Assembly: GCA_038496445.1 (NCBI GenBank)
Contig: JALMLS010000499.1
Span: 1-57,661, forward strand
Reading direction: 5' to 3'
Origin: Trichosphaerium sp. ATCC 40318
Lineage: Eukaryota; Protista; Tubulinea
Length of the DNA: 57,661 bases
Shown here: positions 1 through 12,154 of the stretch, one piece after another
How the letters are laid out: each line of letters begins with the position of its first letter
How positions within the stretch are numbered: the stretch's first letter is position 1
Notes under the pieces: generated by a model
The model's database searches: none
Seen by the model: the letters and a program-made list of their open reading frames with translations, nothing else
What the model was told of the DNA's origin: nothing
Translations under genes and position numbers: made by a program

Positions 1-595
1 TTAGTTACGCTCCACACGGTGCGTATCACACAGTCAAAATATCATCACTCCATGTGTCATCACTGATTTGTGTATTTATTTTAAACTCATAGCACAAAAT
101 AAAAACACATCAGCCAGAGTTTTTTGCTATTATTCTGTCGCTTCATTTGTTATACAAGTTTGAGAGTGTTTCGTTTTTTAACCCGTAAGTAGTTGAGCAA
201 GCAAAAAAAAAAAGAGCAAAGGTATGTAGCACCTCATACGAGAATCTAGAGTGAACACAATACAACAATTTTCAAGACCTGTTTGTGTTCGTGCACCTGT
301 TATTGTAACAGCACAAATAATTTTTTTCTCAACGATTCCATGTGTTGCTCTCCTTCGCAAACAAGTAAAAGGACATACTAACATTCTTTGTTATCTTTGA
401 AAAGAAAAAGACTGTGGGTTGTGTACAACCAAAGCGGTTCATAAAATGTTTTCAAAGTTGTATCACACCACAGAATCTTTCAATACGTGTAAAATTCCTA
501 GCGTTCAGTAAACAATGAGCCGGTTGCACATAAACAGTGCACACAGTACTTAACTGCCAACAGACAAAAAAACAAACAACAAGCAATCATACACT

Positions 596-1111
596 ATGCG
601 CACCTTCTTGTACCTCGCTGTATCTTGTATACTCCTTACAGTGTGTATTGCAATTCAAGAAGACAAAAAAGAAGAAGAACAATACTTTGTCATCTGGAAA
701 GAAGCCTTCGACAACGGTGCTATGGATGCTGGATCAGGCGGAAGCAATGGACAGAGTGTCAAAATTAGAGTGTACGACCCAAACGATCATGGTCAGCACT
801 GGATCGAGTCACATGCCTCGATATCAGGTTACTTCAACTACCGCAAAAGGGACACGAACTATTGCCTGGATGCCAGCCATATAGCGGCAAACGGAGAGGA
901 CGTCAAGTTGTGGACTTGTGACGCACACGAAACGAATCAAATGTGGTACAAAGTCTTGTATGGTTCAAACTCTCGCCTGTTCCGACACCCTTACACGTCC
1001 AATTATGTGGCTGATCACGCCGGACCCAATGACAATGTACTCATGTGGCAGAATGTTGGAGGTGGTCATCCTGACACGAACAACCAACTTTGGGAAAGGA
1101 AAGTCATCTAA
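596..1111 (+). CDS. Secreted ricin-B (beta-trefoil) lectin-like protein, intronless
   Basis: Hydrophobic signal peptide; three QxW motifs (GQHW, NQMW, NQLW); YCLDA...VKLWTC motif. Confidence 0.85.
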   Translation: MRTFLYLAVSCILLTVCIAIQEDKKEEEQYFVIWKEAFDNGAMDAGSGGSNGQSVKIRVYDPNDHGQHWIESHASISGYFNYRKRDTNYCLDASHIAANGEDVKLWTCDAHETNQMWYKVLYGSNSRLFRHPYTSNYVADHAGPNDNVLMWQNVGGGHPDTNNQLWERKVI

Positions 1112-2105
1112 AGTTAAATAAAATCGCGTATAAGCGGTCCTCACCAGCATCAACTATGCCTCATGTTTTGTGTTAAACAAAAAACCAACTCTTGGTTACT
1201 TTTTTACAATTGTTACTGTCGTAGCTTTGAGCTGTGTGGTGCGCATGCGAGGTAACAAAATACCTTATCCCTTCATTAGACAAAGTTGTTGTACTCATCT
1301 GACTTGTGTTTTCCTTTTTATTTTCAGTCTTTAAAATAGTCCATGCAAGTTTACTAGTACGTTGGATTTTTTTCCTTGAAGTTATAGCTAGACTTCACGA
1401 CACCTGTATGCTTTGTGCACGTGATTGCGTTGGAAATGCGAAAAGTGTCCCTACTTTTACTGTACCCTGCTTGTTGAATTGCTTCTGTGCCGTACGACGT
1501 TGTATTGTAGGTACCTTTAGATAGGTACAACGTAACGTTGTATTAATGTTAACGCAAGTGTTCTTGTGCTCGCTCAGTTTAAACTCATACCACAGGCCAG
1601 TGTTGAAATTTTTTATGTCGATCTCTGTCGCCTTTAGTTACTGTTAGCTCGCGCTACAGTTAGGAGACTTTCTACTTTAATACAACCATTTTAGTCTACA
1701 AAACCGCTTTTTCAGCGCCGTATTTACCCTGCAGAAGGGTATTCCACTGAGCGCGGCGTACGTCGTGTCTGCGGTCATAGCTAAACCTGTAGATACAACT
1801 TCACTTTGGATGGAGCTAGCATACACGCTATACGTATTCAAATTGGCGTGTATAACGTACTAAAATAAACAAAGAATTCTTCGCTACTCTTAAAGCAACT
1901 TTTTCTGAAACATAGGCAAAATCGAGAACAACAAGTACAAACCAGCGCAGGTGTTACGATTTGGCGTTTTCGTTTCTCGCTACACCTCCTCGTTTTATGA
2001 GTTTTTTTCAGTGATCAAGAACTCAACTTGCTTTGAAAAAACAAAACGCTGTTTTCTACGCTCTAACGGCTACGAAGAACCCCGAACTATTACTATAAAA
2101 TAACA

Positions 2106-4855
2106 ATGAGCAAGCGCAAGTTAGATGACACACAGGGACGCGCCCACCTGCTCAACTCGTCTGATTTTGTTGATGGCAGTAACAATTTGTTACCATCGTT
2201 GTACGGCCTTTTGTTGCCTTTAGTTTTCTCTTAATGCTCTGTTTTCTCTTATTTCTGTTCTTTTATCTGAGACCGTTTCTCTTAAATAATTGTTAGAAAT
2301 GCTTCAGGAGACCTACAAGGTTTTTATTCTCTTGGCTCGAGTGATCCTATAGCGTTTCTGAACTCTGGGGGCGCTATGAACAACTTGCAGCAGAGTAATG
2401 ATCATTCTGGCCAGCAACCTCCTCAAGTTGTTCCTGGTCTACCCCCACTCGCCCAGAGCTTCAAAACCAACGCAGGGTGTTAGTTTGGCCCCAAAATCAG
2501 AACCGTCTCTCGAGCCACCAAGAAAGATCCAGCGCCTAGAAGCACCTTCAAATGCTCAAGCACAATCTGTGGCAACCCTCACGGTACGTACAGCGTCAAA
2601 ATAATGTACAACGCGTCGTACATGTATTTTTCCTAACAATCGTTTTGTGAACGCACTTTTTTTATTTTTTGGCTTCTGACGAACTCTGTGTAGGGTATTC
2701 CACCAAACGCTACGGCAAGAGGTCCATCGAATGCTCTCGGTGGTACTGGAATCACCCACAACAACATACAAGACACCGGTATTTCAGCCCTTCAAAAGCT
2801 TGCACAAGGCCGGTACGTAATGAATTTCCCGATAGACGCTTTTGGATCAAAAAAAAGAAATTAAAAAGTGACCGTTGGTTCACCTTGTTTGTTGTTAGAA
2901 ACTATAGCACTTATTATTATGTAGACACTACACCGAAATTAAAGCCATTGAAATGAGCTTGAAGCATATTCGGGCGAACATTATGCGAGGTGACGGAACA
3001 GGCGTAGACGCTTCCTTAAAAACAACAAGGAATCAACTCACTGGTATTTTGGCCGAACTGAAGGTCCGTATTTCGAACGCTTTAAAAAATGACCTCCTTT
3101 GACTTTTCTTCCTAATTCATGAATGTTTGTCATTTTACGTTAAATTAGACCGTTTAACGCTTTTTAGACGCTTGAAACGATGCACTTTCTAGAACCTAAA
3201 GACTTTAAAGCTTTGGAAACCATTCGCGAATTTATCGAGACTTATCTCATTCCTCAATTGACGTTATACCAAGGGGATGTTAAATACATGGTAACGAACC
3301 CTCCAGGTCAAAGGTACACAATCCGGTTGTGATTTTTTTTTTTTTTTGCTTTTGGCTCGAAGACGTTTTTGTACTTATCTTCGTTACTTTAGACGCGATT
3401 CGCCTGTGTTTTTAGGCTTAACACAAGAGCGCGCTGGTCCTGTCTTTAAGGAAAAACCTATCGGCACATTTTCTCTTCGTTTGTTGACCTCCGCTCGTGT
3501 CTCACATATTACAACCGTACGTTCTCAATTGTTTTATTTTTTGTATTTCTTTGCTTTCTTGTGCACTCAAATAATATTTTAGGGACATGTCGCACCTGAA
3601 TTGATTGAAGCGGCACAACGTATCAAAAGAAACAATCAGGAACTCGAGAATTCCAAACAAGTCTTCAACGAGACTGGTATTGCCGTCTTCAATGAGCTTA
3701 AATTCAATGCTGGTACCTTTCCTAACCTGGTTCGCATGAAGTTCCGCGTTCAAGTTCAGGTACGCTAAACCTTGAATGAGTTTTTTTAGTTCGGCTTGTT
3801 TTTTTTTTTTGACTTTATTTTAGGTCGTTATTGACGGCGCTACCATCACTAAGAACCTCGAGAGTAACGCTTCTCAACCTTTTATTTCAATGACAAACAC
3901 TGGATCACAGTGGAAGGACGCAGCAGGTTCTTGGCTCAAGGACGATGCGTTCAAAGGTAAGCTTTGGTTTTATTCGATTTTCTGAGTGAATAACTTTTTT
4001 TGTAGAGAAATTTGAAATCACTGTTCCTTGCTTCTGGAATTACTTTCAAAAGCATTACTTGACAGCAACCAAGCAAGAGGTTTCTAACGTAAAGCGTCCT
4101 CTTTTCTTGACTGATTTTGACTATTTACTCATTTCGAAATTCGGCCTTGGCATAAGTAAGTATAGCAGTACCTTCACTTTGCAACGTTTTATGTGTTAGT
4201 TATTAAATGAGTATTTGTAGAGGATAAGAAGAACATTACTCAACGCGAATTTGAAAAGTTTTGGAACTGGATAGGACCTGGCTTGAAGAAGATCCGTTAC
4301 CAAAAATACCTCCTTTGGTTGTTTGAGAATGGGTACTGCTTTGAAATACAAAGTTTTGAAATTTTTTTTCCCATAACTTTTTTCTGTTAATTGTGCTTAC
4401 CTTCCTCTTTTAGCTACTTGTGTGCGTTTGTTACAGGTTCTGACGCGGAGAGAGAGCTTGAAGGCCACGAAGCAGGAACTTTTATCATTCGTCTTTCAAA
4501 ACGTATCGAAGGCGAGTTTGTTATTAGTTATAAGCTAAAAACAACCGTCCGACACTATTTGATTCAACCTGACGATACTGCTGATAAGAAAAAGACTCTA
4601 ATCGACTTTTTGGGTCAGAATCGCTCATTCCTTCATATTCTCCAAATGCGTACATCTGTCGATGGAAAGAAGGTATTCTACAAGCATGATAAAGATGAGG
4701 TTCTCGCCAAGTATTACAAGAAGCCTCCAAAGCAGAAGGCAAAGAACAAGGCCTTACCTCAAAATCCTTACGACGAAAATGTTTGGAGTTTGGATGCTCA
4801 ACCTGCCGCTCCTCCAGCAAGACAAGTCCAGAGACGTAAAAAGAAGGTTAATTAG
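2106..4855 (+). CDS. STAT: STAT transcription factor of Dictyostelium/amoebozoan type, multi-exon; this copy has an apparent 2-nt deletion at ~2452
   Basis: Spliced product has a coiled coil, a DNA-binding region (FNELKFNAGTFPNLVRMKFRVQV...PFISMTNTGSQW), a linker (FEKFWNWIGPGLKKIRYQK), an SH2 domain (GTFIIRLSKRIEGEFVISY) and a C-terminal Tyr (NPYDEN). Confidence 0.88.
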
Positions 4856-5296
4856 TACCGCTTTTTAAGTCCTTAGCCACTTCGATCATTACCCTTAACC
4901 TCCCTCCACCATATCCTACCGACAACGTCGTGCGAGTGAGTGATAATTAAGCGCAGTGTTGTATTTTTTGTAAGTTGATAGTAAAAAAATAAAAAAAAAT
5001 CCAAAAAAATCAGTCTACCACGTTACCAAGACTTCCTTACATCTCATGAAGTTCGGGTAAGAGTTGTACTTGAATTGTAAACGCTGTAACATATTTGAGA
5101 TATTAGTCGTATTGGTTTGGTCGTGTTTATGTTTTTTTTCATACTTTGCATTATTTGAACTCAGTCATTGTTGACACCCACCATTGTAATCGTATTTAGT
5201 ACATTGGTTTAATGACAACACGTGGTGAAGGTTTACAGCGTCTGAGTTGTTAAGCAAGACAACTTATGCTGTAGAACGATTCTTGTCGTGTAAAGC

Positions 5297-8200
5297 ATGC
5301 TGAGGGCTGTACGAGCCAAGAGAGGTGCATTTTGTGCTCAATTTAGGCACCAAAAGGCTTGTAGAAACGTAAAACTACGTTTTTGCTCTCAAAGTAGCAA
5401 ATCTAGCGTCCTGAGTACGTTGTAATGCGTAAGCGAATATTTTTTTTACGTGTTAAAGAGCTCCAACTTGGTTCTGTTGAATATCCCTTAAAGCCTGGCG
5501 CAGTAGAGCATATACCTTCTACACGCCAAAAATCGTGGTATGCTCGATCAATATTGGACAGTAGGGAGACTTTGTCGCATATTGAGTGGATTCTCAAAAA
5601 AGACTTGTTAAAACAAGATGTTATACTACTAGGGTACGCTAAAACAGTTCTGACATGCTAAGGTGAACTGTCAAATGATAAAAAGACCATTTTCTGACTT
5701 GTCGTCACAACAGACCACCTGGTTCACTTAAGAGGTGGATAGCTATGAGATATTGTGAACTTACAAACAGAGAATGCGAAGTTATATCTATCACAAGGGA
5801 TACTTCAGAACCAGACTTAAAACAAGTAATTTATTTTTGCTTTTTTTTACTTTGAAACTTTGATCAAAATTGTACTTCTGTGGCTTGTTGACGCTTATTT
5901 TTTTCCGTGGTAGCGTAGAGAAATTGTAAATAAGACTGCATCGTTTATAGATTCTGTGGCAGTCCGTGCTGCAATACACGGACGCGTTTTGATCATTATT
6001 GGATTGGAAAAAGCAGAAAGGAATATTTTGCCTATTTTGGTATGTCACGTGATTTTTTTTTTCATAAACTATTTTAAGAACATCTTATGTGCATTACGGT
6101 CTCACAAGATAATATGACATAGAATAATCTATTGGAGAACCGTGAGATGCAATTAGAGGATGGTCGTTTCTTAATGAATCCAAAGAATTATGATGAGTTG
6201 ATCAAGAAAGGCAATACAAAGGAAGATTTAGATAATTTACAGATTGTTCGTGTTCATGATGACTTTAGAACTATTGCTTTAGCTCTACCGGTATGATTAT
6301 CACTACTTACTATTAATTCTTGGTGTAAAGCTCATATTATTGATGTAAACTACTAGTCTAAATACAAAGGAAATCCCTTGGATCCTCCACTACGATCAAG
6401 GTTTCAAGCTCGTCTTATTCCTCCGATATCATCGAGTACCCAGATTGATATAATTGGGCGTGGCTTAGGTGATGCCAGCGAAGACGTAACGGGAGTAGTA
6501 AAGTTTGCCGAAGTTCTTAGAGAATATCAAGAGTACTCACAAGGTAAGATTTCGTTCTTAGCAAAGTTGGTCACTTAAGACTCTTGTCTCATATTCAATC
6601 CATAGAAAATTACACAGACTTGATTTCTAGTGATCTAGAGTTCCCTGATCAAGGAATAGAGCAAATTTATAAGGTAGGTAAAGTGATATTCAGCGAGTTT
6701 AACTGTTGTTAAAAGCTTGTCGAAAAATTTAAAAACCTGCCATTGCGTTCAGTTGTACAAAACGTATTTCCACTTGAATTAGCAGATGGTGGTGCAAGAA
6801 AATCTAAGAGTGTTGTACGAGATATGATTCGTTCTGTAAGGTCGATGAGTAATATTAAAATGGATAACTTGTTTGACATGGACAAAGCAAAAGTTTCTTC
6901 AATGTTCAAAGATTATCACGTGTCATCGAACGCCAATAGCGATGATGTATATACTACAAGGGAAATACAAATTTCTATATCTGACCGCCTATTTAAAGTC
7001 AACGTACCTTGCGGACAAGGAAAATCAATTGGCGATGATCAATATGTCGTTACTGATTCATTGAAGCGAGTTATCATGTCTATGCTTATGTCTCATGCTG
7101 TTGATTCTGATATATGCATAGTACGGATTATTAATTTATTATCAGTGTATGTACATACTTACACTTACATTTGCATTAGGTTGGTCCTAAAGGAAGTGGT
7201 AAAACGAGGTTGATAATGCATTTTGCTTCTTTACTTGGATATGAGATTGAAACTGTTTTGCTTTACAAAGATATGAACTATCGCGATTTGCTTCAGGTAC
7301 GTTAAACTCTACGTTTCATTATCGTAGTCAAGTATTAACGTTGATATAAGCGTCGCATGACACGTGAAAATGGTGATACGTATTGGAAAGATTCAGGTCT
7401 TATTAATGCAGCTATAAATGGTAAACTAGTTTTGTGTTAGTCGATTCTAAGCTAACTGAAATTATAGGAAAAATAGCTGTTCTTGATAACGCTGATCGGC
7501 TTGGTTCAGATGCTATTGCAAGTTTACAACAGCTGTTTTTAGATAGAGAGGTATAATCTCCATTAATTTGAGGAGTTTATTTCTCCTAACGTTATGTTTT
7601 GATAACAGGTTGTTCTTTGTGATGGCACACGTCTTATTTCTCATCAACATTATCAAGATCTTTTAAAAGAATATACGAAAGAACAATTAAAGGAAAAGAA
7701 TCTTGTTCCTATACATCCATCATTTAGGTACATTGTAAAGTTAAAATGGGTAAAAAGTTGAAGTTAAAATAGGATTATTGTTACAGCTAACACAAAATCG
7801 AACTCATCCGAGAATTTCTTCACAAAGGAAGTTCAGACATTGTTCCAATTCCTTACAATAGAAGGGATACCAGGCAACGAAGAAGAATCAATACTTTCAG
7901 TGCACGTTCCTAATGCATCGAGGAAAGTAACAAGGACGGTTTCTGATGTGGTAGAAGAAATTAACAACACTGTCGAATTCTCAAAAAGTCCTGTTTCTTT
8001 ACGGCAGAAAATACGTGCCTTACGAAAAGTAAGTGCCATATCAGAAGGTGTAAATGATAAGGGTATATACGAAGTACTAAATCAGGCGCTTCTTGTACGA
8101 TTCTTACCAGCAACAGCCAAGAAAGTATTACTACGCATTCTTAAAAAATTCTCAATCACCAAATCAGTACGTTTATCATGTGATAGTGCCTTGTTAAAGT

Positions 8201-11200
8201 AATATATAGAGTAAAGAGAGTCTATATGATAATTGTGACTTATCAATGGAACCTTACAAGTCTTCAGAATCGCATCTTGTACCTAAACCGCAGTTCTTTG
8301 ATATTCCAGAACATGTTGATATACTAACAGATATGGAACGGGATTTTGCACTTGGTGAACACTTACTTCTCATTGGTAACCAAGGAACAGGAAAGAATAA
8401 GCTCACAGGTAACTCAAACTCACTTTAAACAAACCAAATTAAAACAAACATAGATAGATTCCTTGAAAAGTTTTCACTTCCTAGACAGTACATTCAACTT
8501 CACAGAGATACAACTGGTTCGCTATCCAAACCTGCCAAAAAATTTCGTTTCTAACAAGATCTAGTGGCGTCCTTGACTTGTCAAGCTACTATTGTAGATG
8601 GAGCTATTACATACGAAGATTCACCACTAGTACGCGCAGTTCGAAATGGTCACATCTTGGTAGTAGGTGCGAAGAATCATGTTCTGTTGTTTTTTTGTAT
8701 AATACTAATGCACAAAAAAGACGAAGCAGATAAAGCGGATGTTGAAGTTGTATGTATTCTTAAAAACCTTATTGATGGAGAAATGACATTATCTGATCAA
8801 AGGTGAAGTACTCACTACTCTCGTTCAGTCTCTAAAAATAGTAATAGGCGTATCTTATCAAAAGAACGAGCTGCGCTTTCAACAAATGAAAACATAATTG
8901 AAATTCACCCTGATTTCCGAATGATAGTACTAGCCAACAGGTATTATAATAAATGATTTACTTTCTACTAATTCGTGAGTATAGACCTGGATGGCCGTTC
9001 TTAGGGAATGACTTTTATAGAGAGTGTGGATCAATGTTTAGCTGGTAATTAACGGACTATTTCAACTTCTTGTGTACTAACCATTACTAAGCCACGCTGT
9101 TGATAATCCAGGCCAGAGTAGTGAGCTATTGTTGTTAAAGAATTATGGACCAAACGTTCCTGAGATAACATTACAAAAGCTTACATATGTTTTTCAAGAT
9201 TTACGCAAATTGCATGAACAGGTAAGTTAGTTAAACAATTTGTTCACGTGCTAACAACACTTAGGGCATGTTATCGTATCCTTATTCAACTAGAGAAGTT
9301 GTCAATATTGTGAAACATTTGAACCAATACCCTGATGAGAGTATGGAGATGGCTCTTGAAAACGTTTTCAACTTTGATGCATACAATGCGTACGATAACT
9401 TTGCAGTGATATTTTGCTTATTTTGTTTAACAGCGAAGTTACGAAGCTCATTACTTCTGTACTCAACAAACGCCAGTTCAATCTATCAGGAGATTTTCTT
9501 AGCACTACACGTGGTGCAGCAGCACGTGCTATAAGGCAAAACTTGGAAATCAAGTACTACAAGAACGGAAAAGAAGTTAGTTCATGTTACAGACTCGTTC
9601 TTACGGTTGAGTAGGTTTCAGCGCCCAAACATGGCAAGGTAGACCCAACTAATGCTCCTCACGTTGGAGGAAATACATGGGCAGGTGGTTCTGGAGGTAG
9701 AGATACTGCTGGTCTAGGCGGTAAAGGAGGACCATACAGACTTGATTCTGGTAGTTTTTCTTTTTGTTCTTTTGGTTTTCAGTTAAATCTTTTCAATCTT
9801 TGGCGCTTAACCAAACTGTGCAGGTAATCCTGTTCATCAAATATCAGATGAAGAAAAGAATAGTGTACCTAAAGAAATACAGGAAGCTGCAAGAAAGATG
9901 GGACGTGAAGCATTGGCTAAGAAATTAAAGGAAATTGAAATGTCTAAGTATGATGCTTCTGTTTATGAGCAATATGCAAAAGATATTAAAGACCAAGTAG
10001 CACAATTACGTGTCATACTTCAAGGTAAAAACAGAAGTTACAACAGCTCTCTAGAGACAAATTTTTTCCAGCTCAAAACAGGCGAACGCAAAATCTTTTT
10101 TCAGTTTGATCTGTTGGTTTTTAACACGTGATAAAAAAGGATTGGAAGCTAAAAATAGCAATGACCGTGAATGGTTGAAGCATCAGACTACAGGGGATTT
10201 AGATGATAGTAAGCTTGTTGAAGGGATAACAGGAGAAAAAACTATTTATAAAAGACGTGGAAGTCCAAGCAAGAATCAAGTTGGTTTCGGAAGTAAACCA
10301 AAAATAGCAAAGTTTGTACTCGATATAAGCGCCAGGTACGTATTATATTTAAAATAAGGGTCAGTGAAGGTTTAACATGTGTATGTAGTATGTACAGATT
10401 CAACGGATATGATGGTAGACTTGAACGTATGCTAGAACTTGCAGCATTGGTACAACCTCATTTTTTACTTTGAACCTTGTTAATTTTTTTTACTTTAGAT
10501 TATGGAGTCCTTTGAAGGATTTGAGGCACAAATACAGGTACTACAACGATAAATTAATATAAATCTAACTGAATTAGTATTCGATGGTTGGCCATTCTGG
10601 AGATTCAGCTGAAATCAAACTTGTTGATTATAACAGACAACCAAAGAACAGAAAAGAGCGTCTTCAAGTTATACAACAAATGGCTGCACATCCTCAATAT
10701 TGTTGGTGAGTACATGAGACTTTAAGCGTATTAAGTAACCAATATTCCATTAGGTCAGGAGACAATACTTTAGAGAGTACAGAACAAGCTATTGCTGAGG
10801 TTGGTAATAGAGACGCTGACGAACGATTTGTTTTTGTTTTAAGTGATGCAAATTTTGAAAGATATGGTACAGAGGTTTTTTACTATTATTCGTCTTAACC
10901 ATACGCTTTAGGTATCTCCAACAGATCTTTTGCAAAAGTACTTGCTAGAGATGAACGTGTACAAACGCATGTTATATTTATTGCATCAATGTTTCAAGGA
11001 CAAGCAGAAAAGTAAGAAAGATCTCAGAAATAGTTTAATCTAATTGTTTTATTTCAGCATTGTAAAACAACTTCCAGCTGGTAGAGGAAGTGTTTGCTAT
11101 GAAACAGGTACATTCTATTTAGTTCCTTTTGACTTATACTTATAATATATGACTTACACGTTTTATTTAAAGCGAACCTACCACTCATTTTTAGTAAAAT

Positions 11201-11228
11201 ACTTACAGAGAACTTACTATCAGATTAA
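5297..11228 (+). CDS. VWA8: von Willebrand factor A domain-containing protein 8 (mitochondrial MoxR/dynein-like AAA+ ATPase), many short introns
   Basis: Arg-rich N-terminal targeting peptide (MLRAVRAKRGAFCAQFR); GNPLDPPLRSRFQAR; Walker A motifs GPKGSGKT and GNQGTGKN; LSYPYSTREVVNIVKHL; PKHGKVDPTNAPHVGGNTWAGGSGGRDTAGLGGKGGPYRLD; C-terminal VWA (DISASMYRFNGYDGRL, LSDANF). Confidence 0.95.
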
Positions 11229-12154
11229 ATATAATTTTTTTTCTCACTCTGTTTTGTTACTTTGGATTACAAATCCTCCTCAATGATTCCCGAAGCGAAA
11301 GTTATGAGATAAAGTTACATAACATCCACAGACAATTTTTGATTCATTTGTATGCGACCAAGTTCGAACAGCAAAAAAAAAACCTTAAGGCTTATTTCTG
11401 GTATACCTATTGTATTCACTCCGAGCTATGACTCTAGTTTCATAGCTCCTTATTATAATCATTGCAAAAGGTATGTGAAACTCGTGCGAAACCACGTTGA
11501 CGAAATAGAAACTGACACGTGCACACCCTTTCATTCTTTAATCTCTCGGTTACGTTATCTCTAAACCTTATATTTGGTGCCTTTGAGTAACAAAGTTCTA
11601 TTCATGACAAACGTTTGTGATTACGCGTAGCGTAGTCAAAGAAAAATAACTGAAGTTCTATACCTGTGTTGTCCTCAAAAACGACAATCGAAGGTACCTA
11701 CATAGTCTACCAATTGCTACATCAAATCGGTGCTGAGATTTTGAACATGCTCACATGCTCACATCTTGCTTTATCAATATTCCAAGGTCGTCGAATTACT
11801 CGTGGCTGCCATTGGACCATCTCTAGTAGTCAAGGTCACGAAAAGGATAGGGTAATGAACAATTGCGGTACTGTGAAACGGTATAAAGTACAAACAAATA
11901 AAATATATTAAACCATTGTACGATACGTGAACGCGGATCGCGAATTCTTGTTCTATGAACAGGGTTTGTCGCATTAATGTCTTTGTTCATGGCATTAGGA
12001 GATGTATTAATATTCAGGTTTGTTACGTTATTGTAACCAAATCAGTAAAAACACAGAACGCACATTACAAGTGTCACTTCACCGAAAAATCGCATGTGTC
12101 AAGTAACACCGACTTAATATTGCTTCGCGATAATCTCAAGAGTGACAACACGTC

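Larger units (their letters stand above)
1..10466 (+). repeat. Direct segmental repeat, copy 1 (lectin-STAT-VWA8 block)
   Basis: Near-identical to 47175-57661; the ORF track repeats at an offset of about 47.18 kb. Confidence 0.98.
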
